Assembly (NCBI GenBank): GCA_041674105.1
Contig: JBAYWK010000002.1
Span: 79,411-143,410, forward strand
Direction of reading: 5' to 3'
Source: Minisyncoccota bacterium
GTDB lineage: Bacteria > Patescibacteriota > Minisyncoccia > Phycocordibacterales > DATDWN01
Length of the DNA stretch: 64,000 nt
Shown: piece by piece, positions 39,100 to 47,859 of the stretch
Layout: the number at the start of each line of letters is the position of its first letter
How positions within the stretch are numbered: the stretch's first letter is position 1
Made by a program: the position numbers and the translations under genes
Notes under the pieces: model-generated
What the model saw: only the letters and a program-made list of their open reading frames with translations
What the model was told of the DNA's origin: nothing
Databases searched by the model: none

Positions 39100-39505
39100 C
39101 GATTCAAAAACAGCATGTTATGCTGTTTTTGTTTACGTGTGCAAGACGGAGCGCGACGGCGCGAGTCCAGGTCGGGAAAATTTTTAGCAAAAAATTATTC
39201 CTGACCACAAGAACTTCCAGATTTTTTCTTACATGTGCAGACTGGAGCGGGTACCAGCTCACTAGGGCTGGTCGCGAGGTCAGGGTCCGAGGAAATTTTC
39301 GAGCGACGGCGAGAAAATTATCCAGGACACATGATTCTTGAGTGACAACTAAATAAAATACCCAATTGGGGTACTAATCCTGTAAGGATCGATATCCTGC
39401 CACAATAATACTGGAGTCCAAGGAAATTTTGTTTTGACGAAAACAAAATTATCCAGGACACATGAACTAAAATTATTCCTGACCACAAGGACTGTTTCAA
39501 ATTTT
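39100..39505 (+). repeat. tandem array of further mini-elements, each ending in a progressively degenerate copy of the tRNA-Lys 3' end
   Basis: units end AAAATTATTCCTGACCACAAGAAC (39200), AAAATTATCCAGGACACATGATTC (39324), AAAATTATCCAGGACACATGAAC (39455), AAAATTATTCCTGACCACAAGGAC (39478); unit 39223-39323 is family A (GGAGCGGGTACCAGC-TCACTAGG-GCTGGTCGCGAGG...AATTTTC-GAGCGACGGCGA-GAAAATT). Confidence 0.6.
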
Positions 39506-39541
39506 TTATACTTGTGTAAAGTGCAAACCAAAGAATAAAAT

Positions 39542-39742
39542 CTACTCCTGTATCAACTTCACAGCATAAACTATTGGAGCTAGAGCTGTCCTAGTCATCA
39601 TTTTAAGCGTTTCATTATTTTCTATTACCTTGGCCATAGGAGGACTGGTTTTATAATAAGCCTCTACAAATTTTTGACCTACCTCATTGGTTAATAGTTT
39701 TTCATCTCTAAAATTCCTCAGCATCTCGACCTCTGGTTCCAT
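39542..39742 (-). CDS. hypothetical small protein
   Basis: 66-aa ORF, weak support. Confidence 0.2.
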   Translation of the reverse strand: MEPEVEMLRNFRDEKLLTNEVGQKFVEAYYKTSPPMAKVIENNETLKMMTRTALAPIVYAVKLIQE

Positions 39743-39903
39743 AGGGCTTCCATAAGCAGCTGTAGCTATAAAACATGAACTACTAGAAGTAGGAGCTACT
39801 ATTTTACATATTTTACAATCTCACCTTAGTAGCAAAACAAAGACCTCTCATTTCATTTAACCTCTTCCATTTTTTGAAAAAATAATATAAAGTATAAATC
39901 ATT

Positions 39904-39985
39904 GGGCAAGTGGCGGAATTGGTATACGCGCTAGTCTTAGGAACTAGTGCCTCACGGCTTGGGAGTTCGAGTCTCCCCTTGCCCA
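39904..39985 (+). tRNA. tRNA-Leu (anticodon TAG)
   Basis: GGGCAAG acceptor, anticodon loop CTTAGGA, long variable arm TGCCTCACGGCTT, T-arm GGGAGTTCGAGTCTCCC. Confidence 0.8.
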
Positions 39986-39990
39986 CAAAA

Positions 39991-40013
39991 CAACAAACAC
40001 CGAAAGGTGTTTT
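39991..40013 (+). terminator. rho-independent terminator after tRNA-Leu(TAG)
   Basis: AAACACCGAAAGGTGTTT + TTGTTTT; same hairpin recurs at 53862-53882. Confidence 0.5.
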
Positions 40014-40274
40014 TGTTTTGGGGCAAGGAGAAAAGTCTGGGAGACTTTTCGTGGAGACTTGAAAACCTATCACAGGTCTTTATGAACAAAGTGAAATAAA
40101 AAAACAGAACAGGTATACAGATTCTGTAAGAATCTAAATTCCTCTCTCGTCTACCAGAATGGAACTTATCGGTTTTTTAGAAACCAAAATACGGGACGGT
40201 GTGAAAGCGCATGTACGACTTTTAGAGACTTGGAGACTGTCTGAGATAGTTTTAGAGCAAAGCAAATAAAAATA

Positions 40275-40305
40275 TCCATTTGCATGGATATTTTTATATA
40301 ACTAT
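40275..40305. terminator. hairpin terminator downstream of 40325-41023 gene
   Basis: AAAAATATCCA-TTTG-CATGGATATTTTT. Confidence 0.45.
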
Positions 40306-40324
40306 AGTAATTTCCAGACCTCAA

Positions 40325-41023
40325 TTAGTTTGATGTTTGAAAAGTAGAAGGCCAAGTTATATTCTCATTGCCAGAAGCATCTCTAGCATATATTACATAA
40401 TAATATGTTGTATTTGGAACTAGTGATGAAATAACTGCTGAATGGGATGTTCTCAGATCACTGTGAACTAACATACTTGAACCCCCAATAGTAACTCCTG
40501 ATGTTGGACTTGCCTCTACCATAGCTGGAAATGAAGTGGAGTAGTAAACTATTGCTGATGCATTTCTATTAGTATTCCAATTTAGACTTACAGTATTATT
40601 TGAAGTACTAACATTTACAGACTGAATAGCTGGAGAGCTACTGTTTCCTGTAAATCCGCCCATTTTTTGATTAAGTGCAGCCATTGTAATTGGACCAACG
40701 CGTCCATAGCCAGTAGTTGCAGGTGTTCCGGAATTTACTATTCCGTTATTGGCCTGAAACCTTTCTACAGCGGCCTTTGTAAGTTGTCCAAAATACCCTG
40801 TTACTAGACCAGATGGGTAGACACTAGCGTCCAAAGCTAAATATGTTTGGAGGTCTGAAACATCTTGACCCCTTGAGCCAACTTCTAATGAACGTGTTAG
40901 TGTGGCTGCGCTAGCTGTAACAGCCAAACCAAACATAAGGATTAATGCGATAACGGTGATTGGTATTTTTAGTATACCAGCCATTGTCATTGGAGAAAAC
41001 TCTAAGATTTTTGTGTTTTTCAT
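40325..41023 (-). CDS. secreted protein with peptidoglycan-binding (PG_binding_1-like) domain and Ig/FN3-like beta domain
   Basis: signal/TM, then GQDVSDLQTYLA...GYFGQLTKAAVERFQANNGI (PG-binding consensus), then S/T/N-rich beta-rich C-terminus. Confidence 0.55.
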   Translation of the reverse strand: MKNTKILEFSPMTMAGILKIPITVIALILMFGLAVTASAATLTRSLEVGSRGQDVSDLQTYLALDASVYPSGLVTGYFGQLTKAAVERFQANNGIVNSGTPATTGYGRVGPITMAALNQKMGGFTGNSSSPAIQSVNVSTSNNTVSLNWNTNRNASAIVYYSTSFPAMVEASPTSGVTIGGSSMLVHSDLRTSHSAVISSLVPNTTYYYVIYARDASGNENITWPSTFQTSN

Positions 41024-41637
41024 ATAGTTTTTTATTTAATTATAATGATAGAACATCGCAAATAATTTCAAAGTGTTAACCTGTATACCTTTTACTACAA
41101 ATATTAGCTAGAAAACCATTGTAGTCGACTTTTTAATATCAACAAACCAGAAAGTCACTTATTAGAGACTCTTGCGACTTCTATATTATACACTTAATAT
41201 TGACAAACTAACAGTTAAATTGCTTTATAACACATATATACAAATAAACCTATAAGTTGTCAAATAGAGGATGTACTGTTATAGTCTAATGAAGAGATGC
41301 CAATAAAAATTGAAACCAAGAAGAATAAACTCCTCTATAGTAACCATTAATTAAGCGTATAATATATATTTATAACAAGTTTTTTATAAAATATCAATAC
41401 AAAAAGTTGATAACTTGTGGAAAAACTTTAAAAAGTAACCCCTACTAGGCCAATTTGATGCAAAGATACTTTTATGCTTTAAACCAAGAAATATTGCTCT
41501 GACAAACCATTTTTTGAGCAAAACTTAGCTTGACTTTTTTATTGTTTTGTGATAGAATGAATAACGGAATGAGAATTGCCTCAAAAGGTAAAACTTTTAG
41601 TCAGTTCTTTGAAAATTCAATCTTGAAAGGAGCTTAT

Positions 41638-42780
41638 ATGTGGATTCTGACAGCAGGACTGGTTTCGGTCATTTTGACCGTAGCCCTCATCGCCGTGGCA
41701 CTTTTCTCATCTTCCTCAAAAAAAGACGAGGAGGCCAAAAACAAAAATTTTTCCGAGGACTCAAGTATTTGGAGAAAGTTGGGGTTTATAGATGAAACTC
41801 CCAATTTAATAAGAGCTGTGGTAGCTGGGGACGCAGAAAGTGGTCCCATACTCTACTATACAGCCAATGTAAGAGGTAAAAAAATAGATAAAAAAGGAAG
41901 ACTAACTCATTTAGAAGATGAGGAAGACCAACAGAGTGGATTAAACCCATTCCAACTTTTTACCATACACACCTTCGGCAAAAGGTGGATAGGCCTCCCT
42001 TTTTTCCGAAATGTGAAACCGATTGATATAGATCGTGTTGTAAAAAAAGATACACAAGATGCGGATCAGGAAAAACTGAAACTCTCTGGTGTCTTAGGCG
42101 CTTCAAAAAAAACAAGTTATGGCTTGTACGCGGAGTTTCCGCGCCCAACATACCATCATGAGTTAGATACAAACGATCAGGTAAGATTCAACATAATCAG
42201 CACAGCTATTGTGGTTGTAGAGGATGCAGAACAAGCATTTACTATCTACAACGATAGTTTACTTCAAAACATTAGTGATATAATTGAGACCTTTATCTCA
42301 AATAAAGTTCTCAAAATGAATTGGGAGAACTACAAAAACGAAGGGTCAGAGAACCAGACAGGTAAGACTGGTACAGAGAAGTTTGCAAAAAGTATGGATG
42401 ATTTAAACTGCAGACTCTCTCCTTTAGGAGTTATTGTTAAACATCTCTTCATAAGCGACCCGGAAATCTCTAAGGGGGCGGAGGAGATGCAGAAAGCTCT
42501 AGAGGCAACTCGCATCGCTAAAGAAAGGGCCAACGCCAAATCAGCAGAGGCTGATGGCGAAGGTCGGGCCATAGAGAGAATTGCCACAGCGAAAGCTGAT
42601 CGTTACAGACAGCTAGTAGAGTTCTACAAAGCTCAGGGTGTATCTGCACCAGAAGCAGTGGTTATGGCAAACTCTATGGTCTCGGCGGAATTTAATGCGG
42701 AGGCTATAGGGAAACTCAATGTTTATGTGGCTGGTGGAAGCGGTGTCCAGTTGACACTTCCGGAAGGAGGAAAAAAATGA
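41638..42780 (+). CDS. SPFH/band-7 (flotillin/YqiK-like) membrane protein
   Basis: RBS AAAGGAG before ATG 41638; N-terminal TM, SPFH core, C-terminal Ala/Glu-rich coiled coil (AEEMQKALEATRIAKERANAKSAEADGEGRAIERIATAKADRYRQ). Confidence 0.65.
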   Translation: MWILTAGLVSVILTVALIAVALFSSSSKKDEEAKNKNFSEDSSIWRKLGFIDETPNLIRAVVAGDAESGPILYYTANVRGKKIDKKGRLTHLEDEEDQQSGLNPFQLFTIHTFGKRWIGLPFFRNVKPIDIDRVVKKDTQDADQEKLKLSGVLGASKKTSYGLYAEFPRPTYHHELDTNDQVRFNIISTAIVVVEDAEQAFTIYNDSLLQNISDIIETFISNKVLKMNWENYKNEGSENQTGKTGTEKFAKSMDDLNCRLSPLGVIVKHLFISDPEISKGAEEMQKALEATRIAKERANAKSAEADGEGRAIERIATAKADRYRQLVEFYKAQGVSAPEAVVMANSMVSAEFNAEAIGKLNVYVAGGSGVQLTLPEGGKK

Positions 42781-44009
42781 AGTGGTTTAAAAAGGAGACT
42801 TTTTCTACCATTAAAAAGACGGCGCTATGGACTCTCTTGATCCTAGTAATCCTAGGATTAGGAGGAGTCTTCACTTTCTATGTCTTTGGATTTGTAGCCT
42901 CAATGGTTCACAAAGCCATTGAGGCTACAAATACGGTGGAAAAAAATAATTCAATGTGGTTGCTGATTGCAGTCATTTTGACACCACCTTTCTTGGCTTT
43001 CATGTTTATCCTCCATCGCAAGGGCAAGTTAAAGAAGATAAACATGAGCCGTGCAAAAAAAACCGACTGGAAGTGGTTAAAGACACTTCTGTCATTTGTA
43101 GCCATACACATACTCCTTGCCATCTTCTTTCACGAGGAAAACTGGTACAAGAATTATGTGTGGAATGTTTGGATTGTCTTGGCGCAAGCTTCGATAATCC
43201 TAATCATATTGTTTATGAGGAAGGATGTGACCTTAAGAGGTAAAACCTCCTCACAACTGACAGGATGGGGTATGATGGCCTTGTTGATTGTCCTTACTGG
43301 GACAGTCTACAAGGTATGGTGGACTCCTAAAGGAACTTCTACCACCCAGACCCAAACCTCTTCGAGATTGAATCCGAGTGAAGAAAGTGCTTGCTCGGAT
43401 GTTATCAGCCCCCTTGGTCCTGTCCCTGGGTTCAATGCCGAAGGAAAAGCCAAGGCTGAAAAGTTTTGGCTCGAGCACGCCTCAAAAGAGGATGCAGAGA
43501 TGATGGTTTCGACAATCTTACCAAGAGAGTCGAACTTCAACCATCTCGAAGCTGACAAGACTCAAGAGCTTGTTGGAAGAGAGAACTGTTGGGATAGAGG
43601 CCTCCACCAGATCAATATGTACTGGTGGAGATTAGAGACCGAGAAATTTCCAGAAAAGGAAGTCCTCGGAAGAAAAATTTCGGAAATTGATCCTCTCAAA
43701 GAAGAGGACAATTACCTAGCCGCCCTATATCTCTATCAAAATCGAGGAGGTCTCAAACCATGGGACGCCTCAAACAAAAAAAACTTTCGGATTATTATCG
43801 CCCCTGTCGGCGAATGGTCCGAAAGAGTTCTAAATAGAAAAGGTTTGTCGTGGTCGCAATTGAGCGACTCACAACCTGTAGAAATAAAAACAGACAAAGG
43901 TTCCTTTGAAATCAAGGCCGGGGAAAGGTATGATTTCAGCGAACCAATAGCATGGATTGAGTTTAAATCCCTAGGTGACAAAGAGATTCTTTACAAAATC
44001 ATAGATTAA
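42777..44009 (+). CDS. polytopic membrane protein with C-terminal lytic transglycosylase (SLT/GH23-like) domain
   Basis: 4-5 N-terminal TM helices; C-terminal ES(N)...GRENCWDRGLHQIN...NYLAALYLYQNRGG resembles catalytic-Glu/GLMQ/AYN motifs of SLT domains; ATGA overlap with SPFH gene. Confidence 0.5.
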   Translation: MKWFKKETFSTIKKTALWTLLILVILGLGGVFTFYVFGFVASMVHKAIEATNTVEKNNSMWLLIAVILTPPFLAFMFILHRKGKLKKINMSRAKKTDWKWLKTLLSFVAIHILLAIFFHEENWYKNYVWNVWIVLAQASIILIILFMRKDVTLRGKTSSQLTGWGMMALLIVLTGTVYKVWWTPKGTSTTQTQTSSRLNPSEESACSDVISPLGPVPGFNAEGKAKAEKFWLEHASKEDAEMMVSTILPRESNFNHLEADKTQELVGRENCWDRGLHQINMYWWRLETEKFPEKEVLGRKISEIDPLKEEDNYLAALYLYQNRGGLKPWDASNKKNFRIIIAPVGEWSERVLNRKGLSWSQLSDSQPVEIKTDKGSFEIKAGERYDFSEPIAWIEFKSLGDKEILYKIID

Positions 44010-44046
44010 ACCCCGCGAGTCTATCCCTAAAATAGGGAGACTCGCG
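44003..44046 (+). terminator. strong rho-independent terminator
   Basis: CCGCGAGTCTATCCCTA-AAA-TAGGGAGACTCGCGG followed by TTTTTTTAT. Confidence 0.65.
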
Positions 44047-44126
44047 GTTTTTTTATATATTTTTCATATTTCTTACAAAACAAAAACCGCTCTTTTGAAC
44101 GATTTTTATTTTTTGTCTTATATTTG

Positions 44127-44399
44127 TTAGAGTTGTATGTATTTTACTTCTCCCGGATCTATACCGAAAGTTACCAACACGAATCTTATAAGACCATAAA
44201 CAGAAAACATTACCACCATTCCTACTATGCCCCATATCATAGAGTTTCTAGCTTCTACCTTTTTGCTGTCTCCAGCGTCCAAAGAAAGAAATCTAATGAC
44301 ACCATAACCAAAATAAACAAAAGATAAAGCAAACAAAAGATAAATAATTGGATTCAATATCAAACTATTAACTTTGTTTAGAAAAGGGACAATAGTCAT
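44127..44399 (-). CDS. small 2-TM hairpin protein, pilin-like paralog 1 (no signal peptide)
   Basis: 90 aa; core FGYGVIRF-LDAGDSKKVEARNS-MIWGIVGMVVMFSVYGLIRF shared with paralogs 2-6. Confidence 0.6.
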   Translation of the reverse strand: MTIVPFLNKVNSLILNPIIYLLFALSFVYFGYGVIRFLSLDAGDSKKVEARNSMIWGIVGMVVMFSVYGLIRFVLVTFGIDPGEVKYIQL

Positions 44400-44414
44400 A
44401 ATAAAACTTATTTA

Positions 44415-44768
44415 TTATAGACCTGGAACTTTAGGAAGAGTAGGTGCTGATCCGCCTGAGATACCAAAGGCTGTTTGTACCCACGCTATCAAACCATATA
44501 CAGAAGCCATAACTACTAGAGCTATAATACCGTAGATCATTATTGACTTACCTTCTGATGCAGCTTTTGGATCACCTGCTGACTGAATATATTTTACAAG
44601 ACCCCAGAAGAAGTAAATTATAGCTAAAGCAAACAATATTGGGATAACTAAATTGTTTAGAATATCTCCAAACTGCTGAACTAATCTTTCAAGTCCACCT
44701 AGGTTACCTTCTTGAGCAAACGCTAGCATCGGTGATAATGATAGTGCAGCATAAACGATTTTTTTCAT
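44415..44768 (-). CDS. TrbC/VirB2-like pilin-type small membrane protein, paralog 2
   Basis: signal peptide ending AFA-QE, then TM1-FFWGLVKYIQSAGDPKAASEGKS-MIYGIIALVVMASVYGL. Confidence 0.65.
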   Translation of the reverse strand: MKKIVYAALSLSPMLAFAQEGNLGGLERLVQQFGDILNNLVIPILFALAIIYFFWGLVKYIQSAGDPKAASEGKSIMIYGIIALVVMASVYGLIAWVQTAFGISGGSAPTLPKVPGL

Positions 44769-44889
44769 TATTTTTATAATATATTATAATAATTTTTATA
44801 AAAACCAACGACCACTTTTAAAATAAAGTACCTCTGTATTATAGTATAAACAAGAGTAAAAAACAAGGTCTATGTGGATAAATTGAAGA

Positions 44890-45288
44890 CTAATTACAAT
44901 CTGCGCCCAAGTTGTCGTTTACAAGACAGTCATTGCTCATCGCTCCAGAACTATTACCCCCAGAACCATTTGGGCTTATTCCTACAGTTGAACCTATAAA
45001 ACCTAAAATTCCATAAATAGAAGCCATAACAAAAAGAGCTATGATACCCCAAATCATTCTATTTCTACCCTCTGTACGAGCCTTATCTTCTCCAGAGTGG
45101 AGTATGAACTGACCTGCACCCCAAAAAAACAGTAATAAACCTAGTCCAAAGAAAACTTTTATTAAAAGATTTATAAGAGATATAGAACCTACCAGCAACC
45201 CTTTAAGTCCTTCCAAGGCAGCATAAGAAACTAAAGGAAATAAAAATAAAGAAAGTGTAGATAATATTTGTATTTTTTTTGTATTCAT
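44890..45288 (-). CDS. TrbC/VirB2-like pilin-type small membrane protein, paralog 3
   Basis: start at internal MNTKKIQ (ATG 45288); signal peptide ending SYA-ALEG; FFWGAGQFILHSGEDKARTEGRN-RMIWGIIALFVMASIYGILGFI. Confidence 0.6.
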   Translation of the reverse strand: MNTKKIQILSTLSLFLFPLVSYAALEGLKGLLVGSISLINLLIKVFFGLGLLLFFWGAGQFILHSGEDKARTEGRNRMIWGIIALFVMASIYGILGFIGSTVGISPNGSGGNSSGAMSNDCLVNDNLGADCN

Positions 45289-45295
45289 AATTTTA

Positions 45296-45688
45296 TTAAA
45301 ATTTAATCGTGCTATCCACCCACTCAATCTGCCCTCCCGTGGGCAAAAAAGGCATAGCACTGCCATCGCCACCCTTACCAAATTCTAGATCATTTACAAC
45401 AAGAGTAACTATTGTTCTATAAGAAAACAAGATAAATAAAGCTAAAATACCCCAAAGCATATAATTTTTACCTTTACTTAATTCCGCTTCATTCCCTGAA
45501 TTTATAACAAATTTAGATAATCCCCAGAAAAAAACAACTAAAGCGGCGCCGAACATAATAGGGACCATAAGATTTAGGATACTAATCACATAAGCTACTA
45601 CGCTCTTGAAAGTACCCCCTTCATTCCCAAAGGCAAAAGTAAAAAATGGAACACTATAAAAAATTATAGAACTAAAAAAATATTTCAT
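45296..45688 (-). CDS. TrbC/VirB2-like pilin-type small membrane protein, paralog 4
   Basis: signal peptide ending AFG-NEGG; FFWGLSKFVINSGNEAELSKGKN-YMLWGILALFILF. Confidence 0.6.
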   Translation of the reverse strand: MKYFFSSIIFYSVPFFTFAFGNEGGTFKSVVAYVISILNLMVPIMFGAALVVFFWGLSKFVINSGNEAELSKGKNYMLWGILALFILFSYRTIVTLVVNDLEFGKGGDGSAMPFLPTGGQIEWVDSTIKF

Positions 45689-45692
45689 ATAT

Positions 45693-46106
45693 CTAATTTA
45701 TTTCAATAAATTGACTAACTGTACTTTGTAAAACCTTAGAAATGCCCGCGGCGCCGAGCAAAATTCCCGCCCCTACAAGGGCCCAGAGCAAGTTTTCATG
45801 AGCACTTTGTATTTTAGCTGAGTTTCCTCTAGCTGTGACATACTTAAAACCAGCTAGTATAATATACATTACAGAAGCTACAGCAGCTATGGGCATAACC
45901 ACATTGTTTAGTATTGCAACCAAAAGATCAGGAAGATTATTTCCTACTGATTGTTTTAAAGGATTTGTAATCCTTATAACCTGACTACTACCACCAGGAC
46001 TTTTTGGTGGAGGAGTACTTCCATTGGCATAGGCTACATTATTTGTAAACAGCACAGGTAACAATAAAACTGATGTAATTAGTAAATGTATTAGAAATTT
46101 TTTCAT
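45693..46106 (-). CDS. TrbC/VirB2-like pilin-type small membrane protein, paralog 5
   Basis: signal peptide MKKFLIHLLITSVLLLPVLFTNNVAYA-NG; ILAGFKYVTARGNSAKIQSAHEN-LLWALVGAGILLGAAGI. Confidence 0.6.
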   Translation of the reverse strand: MKKFLIHLLITSVLLLPVLFTNNVAYANGSTPPPKSPGGSSQVIRITNPLKQSVGNNLPDLLVAILNNVVMPIAAVASVMYIILAGFKYVTARGNSAKIQSAHENLLWALVGAGILLGAAGISKVLQSTVSQFIEIN

Positions 46107-46118
46107 TTTATTTTATTT

Positions 46119-46559
46119 TTATATTGGAAAACTTTCGCTTTCACGCAAATTTTCATCCACCAAAACAGAAACTATTAAGTTGACTATAAGCCAAGCTGCC
46201 ATAACTAAAATTATACCAACAACAACTTTCCAAAGCATCTTATTTGCTTCAGCTCTTTTACCAGCATTATCTCCCGAAGTCATATAGTTGTAACCAGCAT
46301 AAGCTATGACAACTACAGAAAACATCAAAGCGATTCCTGTAGCAAAATTTACTAAACTTTTTATGGTCACGATAATATCAGAAAAATTACAAGTGTCTCC
46401 CTCGCAACTTGGAACGACTCCTGTATAACCACTACCGCTACCTTGTGTCTGTCCACTCGGTGGAGGAGTACTTCCATTGGCATAGACTACACTATTTGTA
46501 AACAACACAGGTAACAATAAAACTGATGTAATTAGTAAATGTATTAGAAATTTTTTCAT
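46119..46559 (-). CDS. TrbC/VirB2-like pilin-type small membrane protein, paralog 6
   Basis: start at MKKFLIHLL (ATG 46559); first 40 codons nearly identical in DNA to paralog 5; AYAGYNYMTSGDNAGKRAEANK-MLWKVVVGIILVMAAWLIV. Confidence 0.6.
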   Translation of the reverse strand: MKKFLIHLLITSVLLLPVLFTNSVVYANGSTPPPSGQTQGSGSGYTGVVPSCEGDTCNFSDIIVTIKSLVNFATGIALMFSVVVIAYAGYNYMTSGDNAGKRAEANKMLWKVVVGIILVMAAWLIVNLIVSVLVDENLRESESFPI

Positions 46560-46560
46560 T

Positions 46561-47859
46561 TTATTTTTTAAACAAAGAATCAATAGAATCACTGGCTTTT
46601 AAAATAGCTTCTGAAACTCTTTGCTGTCCAGATGTCACAGACTCTACCATAGTTTTAAATATTTCTGTTGTATTTACAGGAGAAGGATCCACCCAAGATT
46701 TACTTATGAGAGCCGAGTCATAAAAAACAGATCTATAAGCATCCGTTGGCTTGTCCGCTAAAAGATCTCTCCTAACTGGAGGAAGATTTGTCTTGGATTC
46801 CAAAACTTTCAAAGCATCAGGCTCAACCAAGCTTGTCACAAGCAAAAAAGCTGCTCCTATAGCCTTGGACTGTTTAACAATAGAAAGTCCATAGATATTT
46901 GCAAAGTTTGACATATTTTTTGCTGTTCTGATTTGAGGAACATAAGTGACATCAAAATTTAAGTTTGGATTTTTCTGCTGAATAGAAAACAGTTCGGAAG
47001 CAAAACCAACATAAGTAGCCAAATTTGAAGAAAGAAAAAAATTCAAGGAAGAAGGTAGTGACCTATTCCAAGTATAATAAACTGAAGTCGGATTAGAAAA
47101 CTGAGTATAAAAATTTAAAGCTGACTGACCAGGAGCAATAGTATAATTTAGCTGAGAAGATAAAACTGACTTATATCCAGCAGAATCAGTGTAAGAAACT
47201 ATAGGAGTACCAGCTTGGAGCAAAAGTAAAGAGAAAATACTTTTAGCATTAGTTACATTTTTCCATTCTCCGAGAGAAAGAGCACTTTGCATAATATTTC
47301 CAGAAGAGTCTTTACGAGTCACTTTATCTATAAGTCCATAAAATTCATCCCAATATTTTGGCGGACTTGATATGAGATTGTTTGAAAACATATCTCTGTT
47401 CCAATACATAACCATCGGATCTATTATAAAAGGAAATGCTGTAATACCTTTAGTAGTCAGGAAAATCTCACCATCTTCTATAAAGATATCTTTAAAATTT
47501 CTTTGACTGAAATTTTCATAAGGTACAACAAATATCTTGTTTCTATGAGTATAGATGGAGTCTTGTCTCAAAATAACTATATCTGGACCAACCCCGTCGG
47601 CTAAAGCTTCTATAAACTTATCATCAAAATCCGCAGAATCCTTTCTGACATAAGTAACAGCGACTTTTTTATTTTTGGCTATACTTGAAGCTTTGTAAAC
47701 ATTATTGAAAGTATCTTCAGGTATTGTGCCCCAAATCAGAAGAGAAGCAGATCCTTCACCTAGACCGCTCTTCTGGGTGGCAAACAAACCTAACCCTAAA
47801 ACAAGAGATAGAATAAAAATTATTATGAGCCCAATTTGAAAATTACTCATTTCTTTCAT
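46561..47859 (-). CDS. secreted extracellular solute-binding-protein-like (SBP family 1-like) protein, orphan (no adjacent ABC permease/ATPase)
   Basis: N-terminal TM/signal; LLIWGTIPEDTFNNVYKASSIAKNKKVAVTYVRKDSADFDDKFIEALADGVGPDIVIL matches SBP_bac_1 N-terminal lobe pattern. Confidence 0.5.
   Translation of the reverse strand: MKEMSNFQIGLIIIFILSLVLGLGLFATQKSGLGEGSASLLIWGTIPEDTFNNVYKASSIAKNKKVAVTYVRKDSADFDDKFIEALADGVGPDIVILRQDSIYTHRNKIFVVPYENFSQRNFKDIFIEDGEIFLTTKGITAFPFIIDPMVMYWNRDMFSNNLISSPPKYWDEFYGLIDKVTRKDSSGNIMQSALSLGEWKNVTNAKSIFSLLLLQAGTPIVSYTDSAGYKSVLSSQLNYTIAPGQSALNFYTQFSNPTSVYYTWNRSLPSSLNFFLSSNLATYVGFASELFSIQQKNPNLNFDVTYVPQIRTAKNMSNFANIYGLSIVKQSKAIGAAFLLVTSLVEPDALKVLESKTNLPPVRRDLLADKPTDAYRSVFYDSALISKSWVDPSPVNTTEIFKTMVESVTSGQQRVSEAILKASDSIDSLFKK

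Noticed and set aside
38250-39341. ORFs 38250-38747(-), 38425-38901(-), 38627-38884(+), 38758-39042(+), 39021-39341(+)
   Set aside because: All lie over the tRNA-Cys/Leu/Lys cluster and its GC-rich mini-elements; no RBS, overlapping each other, composition-driven artefacts.
39813-40073. 86-aa minus-strand ORF
   Set aside because: Antisense to tRNA-Leu(TAG).
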